From Octopus vulgaris (Eukaryota), in assembly GCA_951406725.2 (NCBI GenBank), contig OX597823.1, positions 113,646,001 to 113,710,000 on the forward strand: a DNA stretch of 64,000 nucleotides, read 5' to 3'. Positions 28,374-42,000 of this stretch are shown in pieces (position 1 is the stretch's first letter; each line of letters begins with the position of its first letter). Under the pieces are notes generated by a model. The model saw only the letters and a program-made list of their open reading frames with translations. It was not told the origin of the DNA and searched no databases. The translations under genes and the position numbers were made by a program.

Positions 28374-30996
28374 TATATAGGTAAAGTTTTATAATCTTCG
28401 GCTTTGATCCTCATCGATTTATGAAATATATATCAATGATTTAAAGTTAAAGAAAACGAAATTATATAAAATGTTCTGAAGCATTGAAACTATTAGAATT
28501 AATCTAATATCTGTAGTAATATGTCTCAAACACCATTGTCTAGTAAATTCATTTGCATTTCAAGACCAAAACAAGTTCTTACTAAATTATGCTTAAAAAC
28601 AGACACACTTTCACACGGTTGGATATCGTTTATAATCTGCTCTATCTGATATGCGATCAAATGATTTTTGTGATGACTATCCGGTATCTTTTTTCTGAAA
28701 CGACATAAATAAGATCTTATCCAGGTATGTAGACCATATCGCTGTCTGTTGAATTAATATATAGAACAAAGCATAGACTTTATTGAAGAGGAAACTGACT
28801 TGATAAGATCGAATTCTGTCCAAAATTGTCTTCTTTACTTGCTCTAATAATCAAGGTAACATAAGAATTTTCCTCATCAGGTAATTATTTATAAATTAGT
28901 GTTTTAATACCTCATTTTTACATTTCATTTGCAAGATTCATGTGAATTTGTGTTGAAAGAAACCTTCCAGTGTTTTGAGAGGGCCACTGGCTAATAATAA
29001 ACACGTGAATTTGTTCGATATCACTTCTTTATTGTTAGTCAATTGGTTAAATATATAACCACGTAACTATTCGGTCGTCTGCTTCATGTACTGGTTAAAC
29101 AATTAGATGGTTGTTTATCTGTCACCTCTCGTCAAGATCTGCACTGAGTCAGTCTTAGATTTAGTGTTGTGACTCTGTATATATGCATGTACGTGTGTAC
29201 GGTGATATGTGTTTGCTTACAGGAGAAGGGAAGGGTGAAAGTAAACGAAGAGTCCTTTGGGGGGTGTTTCTGTGTGTGTATGTGCTTGTGCACACGCGTG
29301 TGCGACTGCTTGTATGTGTGTCTGTATGTTTGTATGTACTTTAACCATCAATGATCTCTTTAACGGTTTGGCCATTTGTCCAAGTTTAGTCTGGTTTCAG
29401 ATCTCCTGGAATTTACTTGTCACTCCGCAAGGATTTACGAGTGTAGTGTGTGTGTGTTTCGGGGGATGCATTACCAATACCGAACAGAAAGTATATATAG
29501 TATTTATTAGACCTACAATGCCATTGTTACCAACGACACAATGCAGATATAGAGGGGTGAATCCGTGTAGGTAATTGGGTATGTGTGTGGCGGTAAAAGC
29601 AAAGGTATATAGAGCAGGGTTAGAACAATAGAAATACATTCAAATAAATACCCGTAAATATGCACAACTGCAGTACACGAGTAGACACATCCACCCATAC
29701 GCGCACGAGCACGGCCCGCAGGTACAGGTAGGTACAGATAGGGCAGGATTAGAAAGACAACAGGATACGGGGAAATCCATAAAAATAAATAGGTGTAATT
29801 ATGGATAATTCCAATATACAACTATACATATTCATGCGCACGAGCGGACGTGCACGTTCGCACACGTACTCGTAAGCACACACAAAGACACATACGAAAG
29901 TAGAACTATACACATAACCACGCACGCACACACTGCCCGTACACGTGTACACCTGTACAGACACACGCAGATGCATAGGAGCACAAATACATATATACAG
30001 AAACACACACATACATACACCATACATACACGCATAAAAATGCACACACGTAGACATACACAGAGATGCTTACCTATTCAAATAGCCCACCACACCGCAT
30101 GCACACACACACCCATACTGGAACGAAAATACTCACTAATTCACACACCCACACACATACACGCACACACATACGAGCACATACAATCATTGTCATAACT
30201 GGCTGAATCATAGAAACACGCACTCTAGACCACTTTTGCGTGTGCGCACAGACCTACACACACCATGCGCAGAGGTTCAAATGCACACCTACAATGTCCA
30301 CCTGCACACATACACGCCTACTATGTTCTTCGCTACCCTTATCCCTAATCCACCCGCATGACGAACTACGTCCGTAAATCTTACGCTATGACAGCAGATC
30401 TGTGACAGAACTGACCTTAATGGAAAGGCCGAACACTTAAAGAGATCGTGGATGCCTAATGTACACACATTCACACACACACACACACATTCACACACAG
30501 AGTCATACAGTACGAGTGTACACTCACACACGCACACTCATACACACACATATACACAGAAAGTCCTCGTTTACTCTCAATTTTACCTTCTCAGCAAATA
30601 CGTGTAGGCATTTGACTAATTCACGGACAGTCGGAAGGCAGCCCTTTAAAAGGTCATTAATAAGGTAACGAAAGGACTTTGACAATCAAACAAACGATTG
30701 TTTACGCAGAACATTAAACGAACGATCGATTAGACAGTTGGTTATATATTTAAGCAAGAGACTAACAATACAGGAGTGTATCGAACCAGTGCATGTGTTA
30801 TTTTTTATTGGTGCAATGACCCTCCTAAGACAAAAACAAACCTCCTGAAAGTTACCACTTTAGAGGAATCTACACTAAATCTTGTAATCTTGCACACAGA
30901 TAGTCTTTGAAAAATTAGCATCACAAATTTGTTCTCTACAATATAAAATATACAATATAAAATATTCTATAGATTTTACCTAGTAATATGGTATAT

Positions 30997-31303
30997 ATCA
31001 CGTGATCACGTGACCGACCAGTCTATCAGATGTAGTTACACATCGCTGGTCACAATGCGTTCGCATTGTTTTAGCCTTCGAATGACGCCACCCCGCTGGC
31101 TAAGCGAGCAGGCCAACAGAGGAAAGAGTGGGAGAAAGAGTGGTGAAAGAGTACAGCAGGGATCACCACCCCCTGCCGGAGTCTCATGGAGCTTCTAGGT
31201 GTTTTCGCTCAATAAACACTCACAACACCCGGTCTGGGAATCGAAACCGCGATCCTACGGCCGCGAGTCCGTTGCCTTAACCACTGGGCCATTGCGCCTC
31301 CAC
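30997..31303 (-). mobile_element. tRNA-derived SINE family C with 11-bp TSD
   Basis: A box TGGCCCAGTGG, B box GGTTTCGATTCC; TSD atatggtatat at 30986-30996 and 31304-31314. Confidence 0.9.
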
Positions 31304-31418
31304 ATATGGTATATCTAGCTACTGTTTTTGTTTCATTATCAAAATCATTCGAATATTAATATTCCATCTTTTTTTTTTACTACTAACACCCAATATCCTA
31401 GTCGACCTTGTCAAATGT

Positions 31419-31480
31419 GTCACATTTTAGTCACATTTAGTCACATTTAGTCACATTTTAGTCACATTTAGTCACATTTT
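31419..31480. repeat. Minisatellite, (gtcacattt[t]a) about 6 units
   Basis: 10-11 bp units directly visible. Confidence 0.9.
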
Positions 31481-33931
31481 TATATAGAGGTGACCATATT
31501 TTATACGATTACTTATAAAAATCGGCAGAAAGATATGTCATCAATTCGAGAAAAAAACATAGGCAGTGCTCACCTGACCGAGATTGGAACTCATTACCTT
31601 CAAGGTACGTAGCTAAAGACTGACGAACATATTGCAGTGTTTTACCATCCATGACAATCCAGTTACATTATTTCATAAAGTATTCAGCGTCATAATACTT
31701 GACAAATTAATATAATGCTTGTATAACTCACGATCGCTTAAATCATTCAGATTTGTTCCGTATTTCAATTAAAATGCATGACAATGCATTTCTTGTTTCA
31801 GTTTTTCCAATGAGTGAGCGTCAACAATCAACTTATTATAAAAATCATTTAGGATAAAATTGATATTTTATATACATGACTGAGCAAGGCCATGCTTCAA
31901 AACGTCAGAGATGTATAACCACATACATGCATATGTTATGTCTAGTACTATGTATGTGTATTTGGCTGTGTGTGTATACATACATAATCAACTCCTCTAT
32001 TCAGTAGACTTCCTCTATATGTTAAGGACATCCTTGTCTTCTGTATATTTAAAGCATGAATTTGTTCAGCGAGCTATGCACCATATAAATGTTATCTGAA
32101 ATGAATTGATAATTTGTGTTCTTTGTTGCCGTTCAGTCATTTGAAGGCAAATGCTTGAACACGATACAGCCCAAAATATAGATTTTGATAAATGAGGTGG
32201 AGATTTAATCATACAGCCATCCCGCTAATAATTGTTTACATGCATACTCTGGTTATTCTCGGTGATTATTCTCAGATGCGCCATGATAGACCAGACGTAG
32301 GTGAAAGGTGCTTCACTAACGAGCATCCCGCTTCTTAGGCGTAGAATATCACGAGTGTGTTGATATCATCATAATATGGTTTGTCTTTGTCAAAACGGAC
32401 GGGTGAGATTTGAATGCAGTCTCGCTGTTATATTACTTGTGCTCAAGCAACAGTTGTTAATGTAGCAATGTGTCTGTATACTAGAGTCCGTAAATTCCAA
32501 TGCCACCGGAACACCTTTGTCATACATGCATACACAGTAGGTACATAGACACAGAGACACGGACACACACTCATGCACTCACGTACACGTACACACATAC
32601 ACAAGGTAAAGGCACAATATTGTTATATGGATTGTAATGGAGATTTATCTGTGAGACAAGACAAAGTGACAAAGGCTAATAAATAAATGATTGGTGAAAA
32701 AACTTTGTAATCAGGTAGGTGCAGAAACTTATCCTAATTAGAATAGATTAATGACACAATAACAGGAATAGAGAATTGGAAGCAATTAAGTTTTTGTAGG
32801 AATTAACATTTGATCTGTTGTAATAAGTTGTCGTTGTTCTTGATGATGATGATGATGAGGAGGAGGAGGAGGATAACGATGATGATGTTGATGATGATGT
32901 TTATATTGCTGTTGTTTAAATGCATATCGTGTTCCAATCTTCCAATCTTCCAATCTTCACTATCCCACCTGCTTGCATATCGAAGAGTACAATGTGAACG
33001 TGCTCCCCATTTTTTAATGATGAACATCTTGCAAGAATATAGCCAATACTTAAATATATTGTAACTATTATTATGCAAGGACATACTTTAAGATATTTCA
33101 GCTGTTATTTCTAGTAGCTTGCCTAATCTGGTTTCATTTCATCGGCTTTTCTTCCTTATGTTTTCAAGCATTTGTAAAAAATACTGATGAAATGTTTGTA
33201 ATGCCCTGCGGTGTTATTTCCATAGTAATACACTAGCAAGCGGACACACTGACATTACATATTTAGGCAAAACATAACTACTACTTCTATGACAATGTCA
33301 ACGGTTCGATAACTATTTGCGCCACGCAAAGACGAGTAGTATAAAATTTCGTTTCTTAATCATGAGATAGAGCTATGAAGCCTTCAGTCTTACTTCGTAG
33401 CATTTTAATGAAGTGACTGTAATCATAGATTATGTGAGACCCAAGTTACAGTGAATAAAGTTGTGTAAAGAGAAATTAATGCGTCACATCGGGCAGACTC
33501 TATATATTACACAAATAGTTGGACTTGTCACACAAATGTCAGTGGAATACTCTGTAATTTACACACGAATTCAATGAGTGAGAAATTCGGTTGATAAAAT
33601 ATTTGGAACGGAAATCCATTCATCTTAACTTTTCTTCGGGAAAGCTGGATTGATATAGTCAGTTATTCGACATTTTCTAATTATCGAACTCTTTTAATAG
33701 ACAATTTATCCATTTTAGAATGAGGAAATGGCTGAAGATAAATGAGTATTTCGTTTAGGCTTAAAAGATATTTCTACTTTGCATGAAAGTAAATAGTATA
33801 TTTACACCGCATATTTTGGAAATTGGATACGTAACAAAGTAGGTGTTAGGAATATTAATTACCTTTGCATCTAAAGCAATTATAATTACACACAAGCAGT
33901 TAGATACATAACATTCCTGTGACGTTTTTAA

Positions 33932-36409
33932 CCCTTTGTCTACCAGAGAAAATATATGTCACTAATTACAAACAGGGTCCAATGGACCTAATATTTTTCT
34001 TTTAATTAAATTTTATTCAAATTACCGTTATTTCTTAGCAACATTATATATATATGCTCTCAGGTGAATAAAGAATTACTGTTTCTCACTAATTATAATA
34101 AAAGAAATACAGCTTGCAGATTATATTATAAAGTTGAAAAGATTACAAAAATACATACTTACAGCTCTTCGTGGGTGTGAATGCAGACAACATTGGAATG
34201 TTCTTGGCAATGATGGATATTACAATTCTTACACGTAGTAAGAGTTTTCGCATCTTTTTTTTCTTTTATTTTATTTTTGACCACACAAAGAACAACTTCC
34301 TTTTTGCTTTGGCTGAGGAATCCCAAATGAAGTTGAAGATCGTCACCGTTTTTAGTTCGGTTGAGAGTTGTTAGTGGAACCAGATGATTGTAAGTTATGT
34401 TCTTGTTTAGTATTACCTCGAGCAAATCCCATTCCTAACTGAATTATACACTCTCTTGTTTTATCCTTGAAACTTTGCAAGTAAAACTGTTTAGCAACAA
34501 TGAAAGCATTCACTGCACTTATATCAATCATGTTGTACAATATATACATAGGACATCGCGTCATTCTTTTGCAAGTGTATATCCTTACCATCTTATCTAC
34601 GGTATCTACTCCTCCTTTTCTTTTGTTGTAACGTCTATTAACTTCAGGTTTCTTTTCTGCACTTTTTGAATCAATTGAAGGCTGGGAGTACATTGTACTC
34701 ATATGTGTGAGTGCATAGTTTTTCTTGGGACAATAACATAGGACCATAGAAGCCATTTGGAAACCAAATATTATGCTGTTTATTTCTCTTTCTTTTCCAT
34801 TTGTGAAAGCACTTGGAGGTTCAACTTTGCTCTTTCTATTTGCTCCAGCTGAACGTGTGTTCTTGCTAAGCAGCTTTCGAGTCAATCCTAGATTTAAAAA
34901 AAATTATCACAAGTTATATTGCGACCAGTATTTTCAAGTTCTTTTACTGGTCTTCAACAACTCTTGAACATTGATTTGTCTCTTTCCCTTTTACTGGGTC
35001 ATTCCAGTGTAGATTTGCATTTGCGGGCATAAGCTGTTTCACCGTCGCATATTGCCCACATCTTAATTCCATATTTTCCTGGTTTTGAAGGAATATATAC
35101 CCTGAATGGGCAGCGCCTTCTGAATGAAACTAATTGTTCATCAACTGTCATGCATGAACTTCGAACATATCCATCTTGCAAATTTTGATTCCATATTTCA
35201 AATACTTCTCTTATGGGCTCCAATTTATCATCACTTCTCTTTCTTCTTCTTGCACTAGCATCATCAAAACGCACTACTTGTAAAACTTGTTGAAACCTTC
35301 CCTGGATCATAATTTTGTTGAACATTGAGCGGCCATCTCCACAACAGTTTGACATTTTCCTGTTTAGATTTATAAACGCCTATAAGAATAATCAGTTAAA
35401 TAAATCTCTTTAGTTCAGAGTGATCAATTTCCTTCCATTTATCTTCGTAAACAACCTGGCCTTCAACATTTATTCATTTACCAATTACTCCTAGAAGATT
35501 CTGGTGCATAAAGATAGTAAAACATGTTTCCCAGTAAAAGGGCGAGACACCTTTTATCAGAACGGATGGGTCCACCTCTTGGCGCACAATCCTGCAAGAT
35601 GAAGTTCATACTGCTGTTTGAGTGGGAGGATTAAAATGCCAAACTTCTTGTCTGTCTCTAGAAACATATTGCTCATTCACAATTAGGTGGCTTGCAGATA
35701 ATTATTTTTGAGTATCTTCATCGTCTGATGACACAGAGCCTAAACAGTGCAGCACACAATCACTTTTACCACAGTCTTCAGAGCAATAGTAGGAATCACT
35801 ACTATCTTCTTCCCATTCTTCATTTAATTCCAGTAACCATTTCGATATTTGGTCTTCACTCAAGTTTTCGCATCTAGGCATATTGGAAAGCACGACTGAA
35901 CTACATGAAACTTTCAGACTAATGGTAGATATTGCTCTCGCTTACATATCTATACTCTCCTAAAAGATGATGCAATATTTTGTTAGAATTGCGTCATCAC
36001 AACTTAGGAGAATGAAGGTGATGCAATGCCACACAAATTTATAGGAATATATTCGTAATTGTTTCCTATTTTATCTAAAATTTAGCAAATAAATTGAATA
36101 CAAATTTATCTATTTTGTATCTGATAAATATCTAGGAAAATGATATTGATACTGTTTTTATTCTGTTTACAATGACAAGAGAATTGTCTGAATTCAATTC
36201 AAGGGTCCAATCCACCTATACGGTATTTAATATATACAGTGGAATTTTCTAGCTTTTATAACCGTAGGGAGCATTTCCCATTTGACAATTAAAGGAGGGT
36301 AGAAAGAAATAAGAGTCACGAGAAATCAACAGAATCAAATAATATAAACAGTAGGAAAAAGCAAATAAAAAAAGTCAAATTGTTTCCATTGGACCCATTG
36401 GTAGACAGG
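33932..36409 (-). mobile_element. Full-length decayed piggyBac transposon (about 2.48 kb)
   Basis: TTAA at 33928-33931 and 36410-36413; TIR ccctttgtctacca / tggtagacagg; subterminal gggtccaatgga repeats; transposase fragments inside. Confidence 0.95.
34159..35893 (-). pseudogene. piggyBac transposase pseudogene (frameshifted)
   Basis: TVDEQLVSFRRRCPFRVYIPSKPGKYGIK, RNITCDNFF, YNKRKGGVDTVD (three catalytic Asp retained), C-terminal Cys-rich TCKNCNIHHCQEH, acidic N-terminus. Confidence 0.92.
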
Positions 36410-36489
36410 TTAAACTGCTATTGGTATCCCTAGGAAGATACGTATTTCGTTATAAATTAGAAGCATTCGTATATATATATATATATATA

Positions 36490-36660
36490 GGCGTAGAAGT
36501 GGCTGTGTGGTAAGTAGCTTGCTTACCAACCACATGGTTCCAGGTTCAGTCCCACTGCGTGGCACTTTGGGCAAGTGTCTTCTACTATAGCCTTGAGCTT
36601 ACCAAAGCCTTGCGAGGGGATTTGGTAGACGGAAACTGAAAGAAGCGCATCGTATTTATG

Positions 36661-36705
<45 letters not shown>

Positions 36706-36915
36706 CTGTGTGCCTGTGATTGTCCCCGCAACAACGCTTGTCAACCGATGTTGGTGTGTTTACGTCCCCGTAACTTAGTGGTTCGGCAAAAAAAGACCGA
36801 TAGAATAAATACTAGGCTAACAAAGAATAAATCCTGGTGTCGATTTGCTCGATCAAGGTGGTACTCCAGCATGGCCGCAGTGCAATGACTGAAACAAGTA
36901 AGAGAGTAAAGAGTA
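36490..36915 (+). mobile_element. SINE family A, full length
   Basis: Head gtggctgtgtggtaagtagc...ggttcagtccc, central (TA)n(TG)n, tail (agagtaa)n. Confidence 0.9.
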
Positions 36916-36937
36916 TATATATATATATATATATATA

Positions 36938-38187
36938 GGAGGGGCGATCAATAAGTAATGCCCCTGTCCCACTTCCCATAGCAGTAGAGCAACGACACTT
37001 AGCACAGTTATTAGTCTTTTCCTACATAGGAACTACCCAGAGTTATGCATTTCTCCCATCGTTTGATACAGCTCTGGAGACGGTTTTTGTAGAAGACCCC
37101 AGCTTGGTCCTCCAACCACGACGTGACTTCAGAAATCAAGGCTGCATCATCTGGGAAACGCTTTCCTTTCAAAATCAACTTCATGGCTGGGAAGAGGTGA
37201 AAATCAGCTGCACGCCTGCACGCCTGTGCTTCTGATCTGGCGACACGCGAGTTGTGGACCGGAGCGTTGTCCTGCAGGAGGAGGATGCCTTTGCTGAACT
37301 TGCCCCGCCTCTTGATTTTGATAGCTTCTCTTAATTTCCTCAAAAGTGAAGCATAATAGGCTCCTGTAATTGTGGTACCCTTTGCCAGGAAATCTGTCAC
37401 ACTACTCCGTCCTGGTCCCAGAAGACTGTGAGCATAACCTTGTCAGCGGAGGGCTGCACCCTTGCCTTCTTTGGAGGAGGTGAGTCACGGTGCTTCCACT
37501 GCATTGACTGGGCTTTGGTCACTGGATCATAGTGATGGACCCAGGTTTTATCCTGTGTGATCAGTCTTTTGAAAAATGTTGACTCATCTTCTTGGCACAT
37601 CTCCAAATTCATCCTCGAGCACTCAACGCGTTCTTGCTTCTGGAAAGGTGTGAGCAACCTGGAAATCCATCTGGCAGACACCTTTTGCATATGCAAATGG
37701 GCATGAATGATAGTTTCCACAGACCCGGTACTAATCTTGATCTTATGGGCTATTTGGCGAATAGTTATGCATTGACCTTCCAAAACGGCAGCCTCAACTT
37801 GACGGACTGACGTCTCATCAATGGCAGAAGGGGGCGACCAGATCTGGGAGCTGTTTCCACAGAGTTCCGACTATGTTTGAATTAACAATGCCAGCGTTTT
37901 ACAAAGTCATATGATGGGGCATCATCACCATAAGTTACCTTCATTTCATCAAGTCTCCCGTGGTGTGCGTCCTTTCAAATACAAAAACCAGACCACTGCT
38001 CGACACTCAACAGGCTCCATTTCACACTTGACTCAGTTCAAACACCTGTAAATCAGTAACCACATTTAGTTCAGAGCTGTAATTCGCCACTTAATCTATA
38101 GAGGTATAAACAAGTGCACATGCAAAATTTCAGCTAGATCAATCAATTGCAAGTGGGTCAGGGGCATTACTTATTGAACGCCCCTCG
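36938..38187 (-). mobile_element. Full-length mariner transposon (1250 bp; irritans-like TIR)
   Basis: TA on both sides; TIR gaggggcgatcaataagtaatgcccctg / caggggcattacttattgaacgcccctcg. Confidence 0.95.
37011..38020 (-). pseudogene. Mariner transposase pseudogene
   Basis: MEPVECRAVVWFL..., KVSARWISRLL (WVPR-like), ITQDKTWVH, LLQDNAPVH, DFHLF; frameshifts and loss of YSPDLAP. Confidence 0.92.
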
Positions 38188-38432
38188 TATATATAAATCA
38201 CGAATCTTCAGTTTTTCTAATACAAACAACAGGCCACACATGCCTATCTTCTTGGTTATACCTCTATATGTGTTTTATATTGAAACAACCACCAACGTTT
38301 ATAAAACTGAAAATATCACATGCTATACAATTATATCCGTTATTCAGTTTAACGCAACCGAATTCAAGTCGCCGGGTTTCTTTCCTAACGCAGCCCTTTA
38401 ACCAATCTGAAGACTCTAACATAAAACTCCGA

Positions 38433-38670
38433 AAAAAGGCAGCGACCTAGCAGACACGTTAGCGCTTCAGGTGAAATGCTTAGCGGTATTTCGTCTGTCG
38501 TTACATTTTGAGTTCAAATTCCGCCGAGGTCGACTTTGCCTTTCATCCTTTCGGGGTCGATTAAATAAGTACCAGTTACGCACTGGAGTCGATGTAATCG
38601 ACTTAATCCGTTTGTCTGTCCTTGTTTGTCCCCTCTGTGTTTAGCCCCTTGTGGGTAGTAACGAAATATA
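38433..38670 (+). mobile_element. SINE family B with 16-bp TSD (one mismatch)
   Basis: B box gagttcaaattcc; central gcctttcatcctttcggggtcgat..aagtaccag (MetaSINE-like domain, by recall); TSD taac(a/g)taaaactccga at 38417-38432 and 38671-38686. Confidence 0.9.
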
Positions 38671-39049
38671 TAACGTAAAACTCCGATTGCTAATCATGAT
38701 CAATAAATGATCCTAATGACAACAAACGAATGATGAGTAGGTTGCTTTCAGATCTCCGAGTGTATCCGAAGCTCAAGAACCATTTAGTCGAATGATTGCT
38801 CACGTTTAGACTAGGCTCTACATTTTAGGCTTAAGAAAAAAATATAAATGATAATTTTCGTATTTTCTCTATAGCATCTTTCGGGGAGTAAACCTACTAA
38901 AATTGTGCTTGGAATCGAAACTGAGATGGGATGTCGTTCAACAAAATAGATGAATCGGTGGGAATAGAAATTTTTATCACTGAGTATAAAATGTCTCATT
39001 TACTGAGAATTATTTTGACTTTAGAAAATTATTGAATTGCATGAAATTC

Positions 39050-39620
39050 AATCTCTCACTGCTTCTATTTGGCAACAGCTTCCAAATAGGAAACTGAGCT
39101 TCATTAGGAATCGAATATTCTATTGAGAAATTATTAAAAAAATAACAGTTGGAATTGGATGAGAAGAGAACAAAAATATAAAATTCAGATTCACATCAAA
39201 TATTCCTGAAAGTCATATTAAATGCAAGCTACTAATATTGGGAAAACTGAAAAAAAGTATTAACAAATCACAAAACTACTAAATGATGGACCAAAGTAAT
39301 ATAGGGCAACAAGTAAACAAATGGACAAATCCTCGCAGAAATTGAATTATTATAGAAACTAATCGACTTTGGTCAGAATAAACATTATATACATTGAAAT
39401 GGCATTTGGAAACTATATAGAAGGAGTCTGACTGATAAACACCGAATGAGACGAGGCGTATCTTTATAATAAAAGCAAAATGATTTTGAAAACGGGAAAA
39501 AGAAAACAGTGAGATAGTGGAAACAATCCCAGAGTTGAAAGCATGGAATAAATTGTGTAGAATCAGATTAGTCACAGGAAATTTATTTAGAAAATATATC
39601 GCTATTTTGATATTCACGTA
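39050..39620 (+). mobile_element. Possible Penelope GIY-YIG remnant
   Basis: A-rich strand with YIEMAFGNY (YIG.T..F-like) and downstream W..LC residues; heavily decayed. Confidence 0.3.
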
Positions 39621-40839
39621 ATAAGATAAACAGAAAATACAAAAAAGAAAAGAGAATGTGGAAATGTATAAATACGATTATGAAATTGAATAAGAATCAT
39701 ATAAAATAAATGAATGATATTAGGTTTAGCTATCATATTATATCATTTTACACACTGCACAATCTATTAAATCACATACACACAGACAGACAGATATATA
39801 CATGCTCATATGGGTAAAGGCATATATGTGTGTTCGTGTGTGTGCGTATTGTGTGTGTGTGAGCTTGTACATATTTGCGTGTAGTGACATGCTCGTAGTC
39901 TAGTAGCTTGTGCGCTTCTCTGTGCAAGTGTCCATCGGAGAAAACGGGGGAACAATGAATGAGATGATATAAAGTATTTATATTTTGATTTGATAATTTT
40001 GCCGAAACCAAAGTACAATACACATGCGCAATTGCAAGGCGAGTGAAAAGATCAGGGAAAGATATAACAATTGATATATCACCTTTAGAGAAATAGGACA
40101 AACGGACAAATATTTCGATGTTATCAAAGACATAAAATGCATTAGATAACGAAAGTATGATGTGTGGCTTTTAGATGAACTAATAGTCTTAAAGCCATCG
40201 TCGGTGTCATCGTTATCTTTTACTTTGCTGTTGTTGTTGTTGTTGTTGTTGCTTCGATCAATATGTGACCATATCAAAAAGACTTATGATCAAAGATCTT
40301 CCAGTCATGACCATCTCATCTTTTCTTTTTCTTTTCTACTGATTCATCTGATATCACATTTCTCGATATAACTTCCTTTTTCAAAAACCAAAAGATGAGG
40401 CTACAGGAAGATTTAAATACTATATCGAAAATGTCTAGATAGAGCATGTTGGATTGATGCTTTGTGTTAGAAATGACATTGTTTAAATTTGAATGCAAAA
40501 CGTATGGATTTTTTAAAATGCTAAATATGCCATTCAAGTTTACAATCCAACAGAATCGTTCTCGGCACAGACAATAAAATCAACGCGTTCAATGAATGAT
40601 AATAGATTCAAATGTGCGCAAAGACATCGCGGGCGTCGATGTTTCGTTTCTGTGCTCTGATCTTCGTTTATTGTGTATAAATTATACATTTAAATATGGA
40701 TATGAATATTCGTCTATCTAGACTAAAAAACATTACACAGCACAAATTATAGGGAAAATAAATATGAAGTTTTATCCCCCAGTTTTGTGGGAAATATTAG
40801 TCAAGTTGTTTCGTCTGTAAATAATAACTTAAAAATGAA

Positions 40840-41263
40840 GTAGCCACCGTTATGGGAGCCATTTATGAGAATCAAGTGCTGGAGCCACAGCAAAGCTAAA
40901 AACAAAAAATGACTCTAGCTAATTTAAATTACTGGACCACTCTCAAACCATATATCTATAACTATTATTACAAATAGTCATAGCAAATATTAAAAGAAAG
41001 CCAGATAGGTATCTATATCGGAATTAAAATTCATTAATGGTGCAAGTAAGCATTATCAATTATATACAACGTGTCAGAACCTCTGCAAACGTTATTTAGA
41101 ATTAGCCCAGGGTATTCTCATTAATTTGTCTATGAGACTTAATTACATGATATAATATGATATGTGCTATCTAGCAGTCACTGGTCCTTATATTAAAGAC
41201 CTTACTAGTGATGCCTTGAATATCAAGGCATGGCTAGTAAGATTAGAACTAAGTATAAAATGA
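40840..41263 (+). pseudogene. Putative Polinton/Maverick major capsid protein, C-terminal remnant
   Basis: Frameshifted collinear motifs LWEPFM / SAGATAKL / LNYWTTLKP / VIANIKRKPDR-YIGIK / GILIN...YDM / NIKAWLVRLELSIK* resembling W.P.V.PS..KL..W..KPR..IGF. Confidence 0.45.
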
Positions 41264-41264
41264 A

Positions 41265-41980
41265 ATGGAGCGAGAAACAAAATATGTAATCTACGCCGAC
41301 TTAGATATCACATTGGTACAACACAACAACTCGATCCACCAGTACCACAACACGTGTGAGAAACTCAATTATCTTAGTTTTCATTTCAATCAACCTCGTT
41401 CCGTTTTCAACTCGATAATCGATAGTGTATCTCTAGATGATTAGCCAACAGAGTTTTTCCGACTAGCACACGGACTACCACAAAGATGCATTCGCCAGAG
41501 CTGAGAATGCTCATAAAATCAAGTATATACTTATTTAGGACAGCCCTCACTATTTCGCACTGTTTACCGTTTTACCCCACTGATCTAATTCTGGTAAGAC
41601 GGCTTCTAGGTTTACTATCAACTGTCCGCATGTCTTATCAAATAACCTGGACACTGACAAACACATCTAATATGAAGCCATGTTTTCCGCATCATATGCA
41701 CATACACATTCTTCCGGTGGACTACATGTAACTGTATTAACTTTCGTAGACCTACCCAGTATTAACAGTAAGTTGAAAAGCTATTAAATCCACACTGTGA
41801 ATCTCATAGTTGAACATATGAAATAAGGCCTGCCAAGCGACCGGTGATGTACCCGGACACATCGCTGGAAACCCTGAATTCGTTAATTTCATTAAGGCTT
41901 GGAAGCGTATTATACAACGGCAGATAATTTGAATTCAACCACCCTTCGCCCTCAATATTCAGAGCAGTGATTCTAATATA
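41265..41980 (+). pseudogene. Putative Polinton-like minor capsid (penton) remnant
   Basis: ATG 1 nt after the upstream stop; collinear QLDPPV, PRSVFN, HG-DY, RRLLGL, HILPVD, FVDLPSINSK, YEIRPAKRPVMYP, LNSLISLRL, NGR*FEFN match penton motif order. Confidence 0.55.
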
Positions 41981-42000
41981 TCTTTACTAAGATAAAAAAC

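Noticed and set aside
31225-31303. tRNA gene
   Set aside because: A and B boxes are present, but it continues into a SINE body bounded by a TSD and has no proper acceptor stem
31419-31480. CRISPR-like or telomeric array
   Set aside because: Contiguous 10-11 bp units with no spacers and not TTAGGG; an ordinary minisatellite
32803-33084. ORFs with poly-M/R/I/L runs
   Set aside because: Produced by (GAT)n/(GAG)n and (TTCCAATC)x3 simple repeats
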